From the NCBI RefSeq assembly GCF_009914755.1, contig NC_060934.1: a DNA stretch of 64,000 nucleotides. One strand, written 5' to 3'. Below, piece by piece: positions 1 to 10,808 of this stretch. Position numbers and translations under genes: made by a program. The first letter of the stretch is position 1; every line of letters begins with the position of its first letter. Below the pieces are notes generated by a model that saw nothing but the letters and a program-made list of their open reading frames with translations, was not told where the DNA came from and did no database searches. This DNA is from the human T2T-CHM13v2.0 reference genome, Homo sapiens.

Positions 1-1639
1 AGAGGCACAAGTGTAGTTTGGAAAAGCAGTCAATGCATTTTATTTTTGGAAAATGAAAATGCCAAATGTTGGTGAAATCTCAACCATAACAGCAGTAACT
101 TGAAGTCTGTGCCTGCAGGCATGGATTACAGAGATGGGAGAAGCATGAGTTTCCATCCTTGGGTAACAGCCTCCGAGAAGGGGATGCTAGAGGGCCTTGT
201 CCCCTGGAGGTGCCCCTGAGAGTAGGCAGGGGACATAACTTTAAATTGCAGGTACCGCTGGGAAGCGAAGTCACGGAGGGATTGTGCTTCACAACTGGCT
301 GCGTCCACAGCATGGAGAGGACCTGCACGTGGGTGGCCTACAAGACAAACTGTCCATGTTTGAAAAAAAAACCAATTTGTTCTCAGGCCCCTGAGGAGGG
401 GATGGGGAACCAGACTCTGCTGCAGCCCTCGTGCCTGCTGGGGCAGGTCTGGGGCTCCAGCTCCCACAGCCTGGCGTGGGCTGAGGGCTCTGCCAATCCT
501 TTTTGTGGTTGGTTGTGTTGAGCAGCCTCCCGTGAGCCATGGCCGACCTTGAGCTGGCAGTGGTTTCTGGGATCTTCAGGATTTTCAGCCCTCGGGGCTG
601 AAGCCATATGAAGTTCTGTCTTCATCCCCTTGTCTCCCTGGAACCTTTGAGGCACCCCTTAAGAGAGGCCCTGGCCCAGCATCTGTCTTACAGCTGGTGG
701 CCCTCAGGATAACACCTACATTGATGGAGCACCTGTGCCAGGCACCATGCTGAGTGCATCATCTCATCGAGACCTCATGACAATCTCCAAAAGTAGGTTC
801 TGTTGTTAACTCTGTTTAACTGACGAGTAAAAGGAGGTGTGGGGAGGTTAGGGAACCTGCCCAAGGTCACATAGCTAGTAAGTCGTGGAGCCGGGATGTG
901 AATTATGCCACATGAGCTTGCAGGGGCCTCATAAGAGAACCTTTGGAGGAACAGAGCAATCCTGGGTGCCACCCTCCCCCTCTTTCTGCCTGGCCCCCAC
1001 TGGCTCCAGGAGCTAGCCACTGAGCTAACAAGAAGGCCTACCCACTAAGCATGGCCTCTCTCCTCTCCTCCCTCCCACCCCCAGCCCTAGCGAAATGGGC
1101 TCAGCCACAAGAACAGAGGCAGCCTTGTGGCCGGAGCTCCCCCAGCTCCCAGCAACCCCACCTCCGGCCTGGTCGGGTATGTTTCAACACCCCAGAGCAG
1201 CACATTCCATTCTCTGGCACAGCTGGGGGCTGGGGATTCCGGATTCCCCTGGCTGCCTGTGTTCTTCACAGCCCCAGCAGAGCCTGCTGTCTGGGCTGGG
1301 ACATGGGGTCCCAGCCACACACATTCCAGCAGCAACCACCCCCCCATGTTACATTTCCCCAGGAGTGAACTTCAGCCAGGATTACAGGCGACTAAACAGT
1401 TGTGGGATGTGAGCTTCCTTTGTGGAGACCTAAGGCTGGATGCTGGCAGGGCTGAGAGGGGAGAAGGGGTTGGGGGTGGGCTGTCTTTGGGAATTAGGAG
1501 AAAAGCCACTGGCTCCTCTGCCTCTGTCAGGACCCTTGGAGTGGGATTGGAACAGGGCTCCCAGAAATCTTCCTGTGAGGCAGGCTGGCAGAAGCATGGC
1601 TGCCTGCACCCCTGAGCCTTGGCTTTGCCCCTACCGATA

Positions 1640-1795
1640 GTAGTATAGTGGTTAAGAGCATGAAGTCAAATTCTAGCACTGCCATGTGCAAGCTGTGTGA
1701 CCTCCAACAAGTTCCTTAACCTCTTTGAGCCTCAGCCACCATCACTGAAATGCCACTACCTCAAATGGCTGTTGGGAGGCTTAAATTAGAATGCA
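1640..1795 (+). mobile_element. MIR
   Basis: atagtggttaagagc...gctgtgtgacc...aagttccttaacctctttgagcctcag core. Confidence 0.75.
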
Positions 1796-1797
1796 AA

Positions 1798-2061
1798 AGC
1801 TGGGTGAGGCACAGTGGCTCATGCCTGTAATCCCAGCACTTTGGGAGGACAAGGAGGGAGGATTGCTTGTGTCCAGGAGTTTGAGAGCAGCCTGGGCAAC
1901 ATAATGAGACTTCAACTCTAAGAAAAATAAGAGATTAGCCGGGCATAGTGGCATGCTCCTGTGGTCCCAGCTACTTGGGAGGCTGAGGCAGTGGGATTGC
2001 TTGAGCCTGGCAGGTTGAGACTGCAGTGAGCCACGATTGTAATACTGTGTTTAGCCCAGGC

Positions 2062-2097
<36 letters not shown>

Positions 2098-2104
2098 AGA
2101 GAAA
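1798..2104 (+). mobile_element. Alu (AluJ-like)
   Basis: Dimeric Alu consensus with poly(A) tail. Confidence 0.93.
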
Positions 2105-2654
2105 AGATCATATGCAAAAGTTTTGAGTAGTGCCTGCCACCCATCATGGCCTTGATATTTATTGATATTGGCTTGATACTGGCTTACACCACCACCTGTA
2201 TTTCTGAAGCAAAACCCCAAATGTAGGTTCTAGCTCTCTTCTGAAAGTAGCGTTCTGGCTTTTAGATAAGATACTCTTGTCTTTTCCCTGCCTTCCTGCC
2301 GATATTGTTTCTTAGTTGATTAATCAATCAATTAGGAATTTTACTGAGCACCTATTATGGACAGGCACTGCTAGGTCATGGCTTTTGGTTAATAAAAATA
2401 GTCATTACCATTTAATGGACATCTACATGCTGTGCGTTGTACTTTTCATGCATTTTCCCACTTAACCCTCAGCAACCCTGTGAAATAGACATTTTTACTC
2501 CATTTTACAGCTGGGCACTATTCCCGATGTCACGCAGTCACTAAGTCACAGGATTAGAAGCCAGGACTGGACTGTATCTGCCTCTTCTCACCCCAACACG
2601 GAGTGTTCAGCTGCCTCCTCCCCTGTCTGTCCTGTTCTTTATTAGAACTCTGAT

Positions 2655-2930
2655 TTTGTCCCCAGCTGAAAAAGCTTGACTTCCTTTGCTGTCTTGCACC
2701 TAGGGGTGGCCATGTGACTTAGTTTTGGCCAGTGAGCTAGAAGTGGAAATCTACTAGGTGGGATTGCTGGGGAAATTTCTGTTTTCCTGATCAAAGGGGC
2801 CAGAGGCAGCTGACAAGCTGTGCTCCTCGCCCTTCCCCGCCTTGCTGTCTGGAATGTGGTGGAGAAGTTGGAAGGAGGCATTGTCTATAACCACGAGAGC
2901 AAACGTCACCCCATGGCAGAGCAGGAAGGC
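2655..2930 (+). mobile_element. MaLR LTR fragment (MLT1J/K-like)
   Basis: gcacctaggggtggccatgtgacttagttttggccagtgag, typical MLT1 core. Confidence 0.6.
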
Positions 2931-4089
2931 AGTTGGACATAGACCTCCCACCTGTCCACCTCCACCCCTCTTGTGTGGAGAAGCTGGGGTTTCGGTTCCT
3001 GGGGTTTCTGTTATGTGTGGTTGGGGGCCGCATCGTTCACTGCACCCAGGTGCTCTTGGGGCAGCACAGCTGCTGGGTCTCCAGCCAGCGGGAGGGAGTC
3101 TTGTGTGACTGAAGGGAATGAAGGGTGGGGCTCAAGCCTGGAAGGACCTCCCTGGTCTTTGGGAAGATTCTTCTTGGTCCCAGAAAAGAGATTCTTGGCG
3201 AGTCTGACAGCAGATGTTGGGGGACAGCAGATGTTTCAAGCTGGGCCCTGACCCCTTGTGGGGGTAGAGGAGTGCCTTCCTGGGCTTCACGGGATGGGCT
3301 AAGGGAGTCCTCCCCTCGCCCTGCTGCCCCACAGCTGCCAGCATCTGGCAGAAGTCAGTGTAGTACTTCAGCCAGGGCAGACCCAGTCCTGTGTGTGCCA
3401 TGGAAAATCATCCCTGGTCCTGGTTGACCACAGAAGTGTCCGTAAACATTTGGTCAGGGTAGGAGGCTGGGAGACAAGGCGCAGATTCAGGGAGCCAGGT
3501 GCACTGGGCAGGGTTTGGGCGCGGATGGGTGAGGGAGGAGCAAGGCGGCCTGTGCAGCTGTTGACCTGCGGCGAGGCCACCTGCCTGCCCGGGGTGATTT
3601 ATGGGCGCGCTGTCGGACCACCTGCTAGCCAGACCTCAGGCGAATGTGCGCTCATGGCCCACAGAAGAACTCAGCCCCTGGCCCCTCTGGAGTCATTTCC
3701 CTGAGGTGACGTTCACCTCTGGGAGCGGAAGCCAAGGCTTTCCTCAGTTCCAGAGAATGAGGCTCCTTTGTCTTGGAGGAACACCAGGCCTTGACTGGAC
3801 AGCATCCCAGCTTTACCCCCACCGGTGGGGAGAGCCCCTCAGGGGGTGCCCCTAGCCCCCTGCTCTAGGTACATCTGGCATCTGCTGACAGACCCCCCCA
3901 GGGAGCTCCTTCCTGGCACTGCCCTGTCCATAGTCTGCCCATTAGAGTGGGGGTGGCTTCTCGCCTCCCAAGCTGTCTCCCCTCCCTGTCCATCTACCTC
4001 AAGGCAGCAGCCCCCATCTGCTCTGAGCCCACTGGGGCACCCCCTCAGCCCCTTGCCCTCTCCCTGTCTCAGTTGTCACCTTATCTAGA

Positions 4090-4465
4090 TAGTAGTTCTC
4101 AATCCTGGCTACACATCACCCCAGGGAGCATCTAAAAACACCAACTCCTGAACACCCTATAGAGATTCTGATTTAATTGCATTAGAGTAGGGTGCAGGAT
4201 TCTATAAAAGCTCCCTAGATGATTCTAATGTTTATGTGTTCAAATGCAGATTCAGATACAGCAGGTCTGCATTTCTTTGTTGTTGTTGTTGAGTTAGGGT
4301 CTCACTGTGTTGCCCAGGCTGGTCTTGAACTCCTGGGCTTAAGGGATCCTCCCGCTTCAGCCTCCCAAGCTGCTGGAATTATGGGCATGAGCGACCGCAC
4401 CCCCGGCCAGATGCTGTCTTTCTAACCAGCTCCCAGGTGATGCTCATGCTGCTGGACCAGGGACA
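4090..4465. mobile_element. MER5-type hAT MITE remnants with inserted FLAM (4276-4408, minus)
   Basis: agtagttctcaa...agagattctgatttaattg and ccagctcccaggtgatgct MER5 motifs; Alu monomer between them. Confidence 0.7.
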
Positions 4466-4874
4466 GGTAAGGAGCAGTGCCCGCGGTGTGTGAAAGCCGA
4501 AGGGGAGGAGTGACACGTCTTCGGCCTCAGGCTTTTCACGATAGTTCCCTGTGGCCCCACCTTCTTGGACTCCTCTGATCAGGCCCTGACCTCCTCGGGG
4601 AGCTGCTGCAGGACCATGGGAGTCTTCTGACTGTGGGAGAAGCTGGGAACTTGGCACCTCCATTCCTCCTCAGGGACAAAAGAACGGCCATCTCCATCCC
4701 TCACTTAGCGGTCAGAATGACAGGGTGACCCTTGCTATGTACTACAAAAACACAGGCCTTGCTTTTCTTAGGCATTCCAAGGAGGTCTATGTGGCCAGGC
4801 CATGGGTTAAGATAAGGGCTTCTTTTTGAAGCTCCATTCTAAACCTCCCTCTCCCCCCACCTCTTGGGAACCAG

Positions 4875-4926
4875 CTGACAAAGAAACCACCTGGTCCAAA
4901 CCAGTTATTGTTTTCTTTGATTTAAT
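4875..4926 (-). terminator. SFRP5 polyadenylation signal (ATTAAA at 4926-4921) with downstream GU-rich element
   Basis: Minus strand reads U-rich upstream tract, ATTAAA, then TGGTTTGGACCAGGTGGTTTCTTTGT. Confidence 0.8.
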
Positions 4927-5667
4927 TAAAAAGTTAAAAAAATTAGAAAACCCAACCCTGCATGTATTGGTTGTCTAGTACCTATGGCCTCACAGCAGTA
5001 GCAATAACTTATTGGGATAAAAGGGAGAAGCAGAGGCTGAGGAATGAATCCCGGGAATCGAGCCACGGGCGGACCAGAAGGGGGTCTATGCCGAGGCTGG
5101 GCTGGGCTTGCTCTCCAGTCTGGGGGGAGCTCTGGGCCTTGGGGCAGGGAAATGGGCAAGCTGGGGAAGGCAGGGGGTGTGGCTGGAGGCACTGAGACCC
5201 TAACTCCTTTCCTAAGGGGGGCTAGGATGACGCGTACAGGGGCGGTGGGGAGAACTTTCCCAAATAGCTTAGCCTAATATTGAGACTTCCCTCTTCAAGG
5301 TGAGGCCCCACCACCGACAGAGGGGAGCTGGAGCTGACATCACCTTCTACTCTGAAACCTCCGCCTCAGGGTGCCCTGAGCCCCTCCACCTTTCCCTTAC
5401 CCTCTCCTCCCCTGCCTACTTTCTGAGACCCTGAGGTCTTCACCCAGATGAAGAAGCCCTGCTCCTGAGAGAGGAAGCCCAACATCCCAGGGACCCCAGG
5501 ACCCCTGGGTCAAAAAGGACAGCCTGGGCTCCGTGCCCATCCCTTAGGCCTTGTGCCAGTAACAACATTCGTGAAAACACCCTCCAGTAGGGCCGGGTCA
5601 GCCTGGAAGTTGGGGCGGGGCCAGAGGGCAAGCAAGGCACAGCTGGCAGGGCAAGGAGGAGTGCCCT
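4903..5667 (-). other. SFRP5: SFRP5 3' UTR (~0.76 kb; cleavage position approximate)
   Basis: Repeat-free stretch between the stop codon and the ATTAAA signal; cleavage inferred ~15-20 nt downstream of the hexamer. Confidence 0.8.
5169..5230 (+). repeat. 62-bp direct repeat, copy 1 (3' UTR)
   Basis: 60/62 identical to 6792-6853. Confidence 0.95.
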
Positions 5668-6014
5668 TCAGTGGGGCTCTGCCGCCCCGTAGAAGAAAGG
5701 GTAGTAGAGGGAGCAGGGGTAGGAGAACATGAATTTGACTGCAAACTTCATCTCCTTATTCTTCTTGTCCCAGCGGTAGACGGCCATGAGCAGCAGCTGT
5801 CCATCCACTTTGCGGCCCATGACCAGGAAGCTGCCCGCCAGGCTGTCCAGCTGTGGGCAGGGGCAGCCCGCGCCATTCTTCATGTGCAGCACCAGCCGCT
5901 TGGTGTCCTTGCGCTTCAGGGGGCCCGGCTTGAGCAGCTTCTTCTTTTTCTGGGCTCCAATCAGCTTCCGGTCCCCATTCTCTATCTTGATCTCCTTGAT
6001 GCGCATTTTGACCA
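5668..6014 (-). CDS. SFRP5: SFRP5 coding exon 3 (NTR domain, basic heparin-binding patch), 347 nt including TGA
   Basis: Acceptor tttcttcccacAG|TGGTC. Encodes (V)VKMRIKEIKIENGDRKLIGAQKKKKLLKPGPLKRKDTKR...YYPFFYGAAEPH*. 529+78+347=954 nt, frame intact, 317 aa. Confidence 0.98.
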
Positions 6015-6791
6015 CTGTGGGAAGAAAGGACAGGGGCAAGTTGGGAATGGTCAGATCTGTGTGGGATGCTGGTGGGCACAGAGTTGGTGTGTTCTGGACC
6101 TTCGGGCTGGGGGAGCCTGATGCCCTGCGGGGCTTGGAAGGGTGGAGCTCGTAGGGCACATTTTCATATTTATGAAGCACTTATCATGCTGCACTCTCAA
6201 GGACAGCATCACGTTTCATCCTCAAGGTACAGAAGAGGGGAAATGAGGGGTAGAGAGCTTGTGACCTGCGTGAATCGAGAGTCCAAGCCCTTCTGAGACA
6301 CCAAAGGCAGGGTGGAGAGCTCTTGATGGAGCAGCATGTGGGGCTCCCCAGGGAGGGGATAAGGAGTGGATGGGACTGGGGCCGACTGCTTGGAAGGGGA
6401 TCCTTGTGATGGAGGGAAGCTGGACTTCCTGATCTCTGGGGATGATTCCCACTGGGATTTCTGGCTGTGTGTGAGTGTATGGTATGGAGTATATATGGGG
6501 TGTGTATATGTGTGTGCATGCACACACGGTGAGTGTGGTTGGAACAGTGGTGGGCTGGCAAATATTTAACAGCCGGCTCTGTGGACAGGGAGCCCTGCTT
6601 TGCATTCATTGACATCCATGGGGTAAATACTCCCACCATAACTGACCGCATGACTGGGTGTGGAGCTGGGAATAGATACACACAGTTCAGCTGTTGCTGG
6701 TGTGAACACACCACTGTACAGTAATGTGTATGTGTGTGAGAGAGAGATTGTACGGTGGGTGGGAGTGTGTTTGTGCTATGTTTAGGAGTGG

Positions 6792-6853
6792 GGCAGGGGG
6801 TGTGGCTGGAGGCACTGAGACCCTAACTCCTTTCCTTTGGGGGGCTAGGATGA
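6792..6853 (+). repeat. 62-bp direct repeat, copy 2 (intron 2)
   Basis: 60/62 identical to 5169-5230 (AA vs TT at one dinucleotide). Confidence 0.95.
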
Positions 6854-7821
6854 AGGCAGGGTCTGTGCCCAGAGAGCCATGGTGCAGGTCACCCTACAGT
6901 GGACGTAGAGAGCCTAAGGAGTCCTGGGCCTCAGGGTGGGGTGGGGAGTCCCTCGGGCTGGTCTCTCCCTTCTTCAGGCTTCTGGGCCCCCATCTCTGTG
7001 GGGCCAGGGAGAAGTCAGAGAATAACTGCCCACTCTTGGCAGGAAATTGTCATAAAATCTTGTTCCTTCTCTTTATGTCCCCTTCCCCCTCTCTTTCTCT
7101 CTCTGACACACACATACACCCCTTGCAATAGCAGTATTCTCTTTCCAAACAGGCTACCAACATAAAAGACTCCTCTGAAGAAAGGACTTCATTATCATCT
7201 CCTTTTTTCTTTTTTTATAGACAGGGAGGCTAAGACACAAAACAGGGAACTGACTTGGCAAAGATCACACACTGGACTGCGTGGCCCATGTGTGAGCCAG
7301 GTCCTGACCGGACTTGGCTGGATTGTCCCAGAAAATGGGAAGGCTCTGGGATGAAGCTGTGGGGACAGGTGACCACAGCTCCGCTGGCAGGAGGTGTGCT
7401 GAGTCCCAGGTGGAGGTACCCATGGACAAGGGTGCTCCACTTCCATCCTAGAGCCATCACTCCCCACCTGGCTCCATCCATCTCTGGGCTAAGCCTGCAC
7501 TATCCACAGAGATGATCCAGTCATGGAGGGCCCTCTGAAAATGACACCAAGGGAGGGCTGTGGGAGCCCTGGCCGGGGTGGTTTCTGAGGCCCAAGGCCC
7601 ATGGCCTTAGGGGACTTGTGATGGTCCTGAGATGATGCAGAAAGAGGTGCATTTCTCTTGGGAAAGGGTTTATGGTTATAATTGGCTTCTAAACGGGAGC
7701 CATGATGCAAAAACTGTTGGGATTCACTGTGATGGATGTGGGCATGTATGTTCCCGTGTGCGTCAAGAAAGAGGGGCTGGGGGTGATGTCGGGGCAGTGG
7801 CAGCGTGGGCCCCACACTCAC

Positions 7822-7899
7822 CAAAGTCACTGGAGCACATCTGCTCCATGAGGCCGTCAGCACTGTGCTCCATCTCACACTGGGCGCAGATCTTGGTCA
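7822..7899 (-). CDS. SFRP5: SFRP5 coding exon 2 (start of netrin-like NTR domain), 78 nt
   Basis: Acceptor tttctctcttcAG|TGACC and donor TTTG|GTGAGT. Encodes (V)TKICAQCEMEHSADGLMEQMCSSDF; phase 1-1. Confidence 0.97.
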
Positions 7900-8162
7900 C
7901 TGAAGAGAGAAAGTGGGGTGGGGTTGGGGGACAGTTGGTGAGGGGATTGGAGTTCCAAAGAGCCACTTGGGGTGCAGGCTTCCTCACTGACCAGCCACTT
8001 CCCCTTGCCAAGCCTCTACTTCCTTATCAGGAGATGGGATGATGGCAATCATATCACTACCTGCTCACAGAGTGATTGACAATCACCAGACAGGCTGTGC
8101 AGTGACAAAACTGCCAGGTGGGCACAGTGACTGCCCCATGACCCTGGCGGCTGCAGCCATGA

Positions 8163-8660
<498 letters not shown>

Positions 8661-9459
8661 TGAGACCAGGGAGAAATTAGGGTTCAGGGGACTGAGGGGT
8701 GGGTGGGAGGAGGGACTTAGGACCTCATAGGTTTCATGAGCCTGGGATGGCTTCCTATTTTATGGATGGGGAAACTGAGGCTCAGTGAAGTCAAGCAACT
8801 TGCCTAAGGGCTTCTCTTCAGGGGCAGAGCCTAATCTGCTCTTCCTTCCGCACTGAGCCTTACCCGAATGACTCCCAGCCAGGGGAACTGGGGAAGAGGG
8901 TGGAGATCTTAGGGTTCCAGGTACAGAAAACGGGGACGCAGATCATAGTCCAGAACATTCTTAGTCCCCAGTCTTTCTCCACATCCCTTCCCTCACCTCT
9001 CCTCTCTTCCCAAGGTCCCAACACGGAGTGGGGATGATGCTTGCTTTGGTGCCTCGGGATCCAGGTGAAAGGCATTGTTTAACGACCCCAGGCATTCTTG
9101 GGCTGAGAGGGGTCATAAGGCATTTATCAGGACGTCCCAGGATTGGGGGGACGGCATTGGGGGATTCTCAGCAGCTTGGTTGGATGGGTACTGAGAGGGG
9201 TGCCAGGGGTTTCCAGGGAACGAGAGCCAGAGGGAAGGTCTGGAGCCGACGGGAGGCACTATGCTGCCACTCCCTGGGGAGGTGGGAAGGCGGGAAGGCT
9301 GCGGGGGATAATTCCGGGGACGCTGGGCTGAGCTAGGACAGCGTGTGTGTGTGTGTGTGGGCGGAGGGGGGGAGCTGCACCTCTTGGGGGGTTCGCAGAG
9401 CTGTGCTAGGGGAGCTGCAGGGCCGTCGGAGCGCGCGGGGACGGCGGCGGCGGCGCTAC

Positions 9460-9988
9460 CTGGAGGCGCGGTGGCGGGCAGGTGCCCGAACTGCACGGCG
9501 ATGCAGAGGTCGTTGTCCAGGGGGAACTTGTGGCAGTGCAGCATCTCAGGCCAGGGGAAGCCGTAGGCCTCCATGAGCGGCGCGCAGCCGGCGCGCACGG
9601 CCTCGCACAGCGAGCGGCACGGGTAGATGGGCCGGTCGAGACAGACGGGCGCAAAGAGCGAGCACAGGAAGACCTGCGTATCCGAGTGGCAGCGCTTGGC
9701 CAGCAGCGGCAGCCAGCTGCTCGCCTGCTGCTTCACTTCGGCCAGGCTCTCGTGCTCCAGCAGGTTGGGCAGCCGCATGCGCTTGTAGCCCACCGTGTGG
9801 CAGAGCGGCAGGTCGGCAGGGATGTCAAGGCACTGCGGCGGCTTGGAGTAGGAGCGGCCGTGCAGCGGCTCGGCCTGCCAGCCATAGTAGTCGTACTCCT
9901 CGCAGCGCGCCGGCGCCCAGTGCAGCGCCCCCAGCAGCAGCGCCAGCGCGGCCGTCCGCACGCCCCCCGCCGCCGCCGCCGCCCGCAT
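9460..9988 (-). CDS. SFRP5: SFRP5 coding exon 1 (signal peptide + Frizzled cysteine-rich domain), 529 nt
   Basis: ATG at 9988-9986 in context GCAGCCATGC. Translates MRAAAAAGGVRTAALALLLGALHWAPARCEEYDYYGWQ...CLDIPADLPLCHTVGYKRMRLPNLLEHE...CHKFPLDNDLCIAVQFGHLPATAPP, a 10-Cys Fz CRD recognised as SFRP5. Donor CCAG|GTAGCG at 9460/9459, phase 1. Confidence 0.98.
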
Positions 9989-10087
9989 GGCTGCGCCCTC
10001 TCCAGGTGCGCGCCGCGCAGCCCCCCGACGCTCGGTGCCCGGCGGCCCAGGTGTTCCGGCGTGCGCCCCCGGCCCTGACTCTACCCA

Positions 10088-10107
10088 GCCGCCGCCGCCG
10101 CCGCCGC
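10088..10107. repeat. (GCC)6 / (GGC)6 trinucleotide run in probable SFRP5 5' UTR
   Basis: gccgccgccgccgccgccgc read directly. Confidence 0.9.
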
Positions 10108-10149
10108 GGAGGTCGCCCAGGTGGGTGGCAGCCTGCGCTGCGGGTGCCC

Positions 10150-10310
10150 CGACTGATCCTGGCGCCTCCCACCTCGGGGCTCCAGCCCGGGCCTCGCCGT
10201 GCGCCCCAGCCAATCTCCGGCCGCCTGGCCCCAGCTCCAAGGCGGGGAGGCAGTGGGGGCGGCCCTCAGCCCCTCCCGCACCCTGCCCGAGCGTCCCGCC
10301 CAGCGCCAGG
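10150..10310 (-). promoter_or_regulatory. TATA-less SFRP5 proximal promoter with CCAAT box and GC boxes
   Basis: CAGCCAATC (NF-Y consensus) at 10207-10215; GGGGCGG at 10256-10262; CCCGCCC near 10295-10301; no TATA seen. TSS position inferred. Confidence 0.65.
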
Positions 10311-10764
10311 TCTTGCGCCCCTCTCCCGGCTCGGCTCCCCTGCCGCAGCCCTGGCCTCGCCCAGCGTTTCTCCCCAGGGCTCCCTGCCTCCCTGGGCATT
10401 TTCCTCGACCCTCGCCTTCTCCATCCTTCCTCCTTATCTCTCTCCGCCACAGCCTCTCCTGTTCCTTTTCTCACTCACTTCACTTGCTTATCTCTCTGCC
10501 TTGGCCTTTCTCCCTCTGCTCTGTTTTCTCTTCCCCGACACCTCGGTTCCTCTTCTCCCTGGTGGGAGGCTCGTGCCACCCCACACCCTGGATCTTCTGG
10601 TCCTCCTGGCAGGTCTTCATTGAGCTTGGTGCCAGGCCCCATGCTGGCTGCTGGGGAATCAAAGATGGATATGACCCAGAACCCACCTCCAGGGCCAGGA
10701 TAGTCTAGTGGGGGTGAAGGTAATCATAGCTTCTATTTAGTGAGCTCTTACTACCTGCCAGGGA

Positions 10765-10808
10765 CGGTGCAAGGTGCAAGGTGCGGTGCAAGGTGCGGTG
10801 CAAGGTAC
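10765..10808. repeat. Short compound tandem repeat of GGTGCAA/GGTGC units
   Basis: cggtgcaaggtgcaaggtgcggtgcaaggtgcggtgcaaggtac. Confidence 0.9.

Larger units (their letters stand above)
9380..10370. promoter_or_regulatory. CpG island over SFRP5 promoter and exon 1
   Basis: Very high GC and unsuppressed CpG compared with CpG-depleted flanks; SFRP promoter islands are known methylation-silencing targets in cancers. Confidence 0.92.

Noticed and set aside
6015-6180. N-terminal part of the 170-aa ORF
   Set aside because: Intronic; a clear acceptor at 6016-6015 defines exon 3.
9989-10474. 162-codon in-frame N-terminal extension of SFRP5 in the 453-aa ORF
   Set aside because: Starts at GTG upstream of the likely TSS and CCAAT box; low-complexity G/A/R product expected from a CpG island; it would bury the signal peptide.
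9482-10708. Long plus-strand ORFs (198, 238, 205, 169 aa) across exon 1 and the promoter
   Set aside because: Stop-poor GC-rich sequence and antisense shadow of the real CDS; no recognisable domain.
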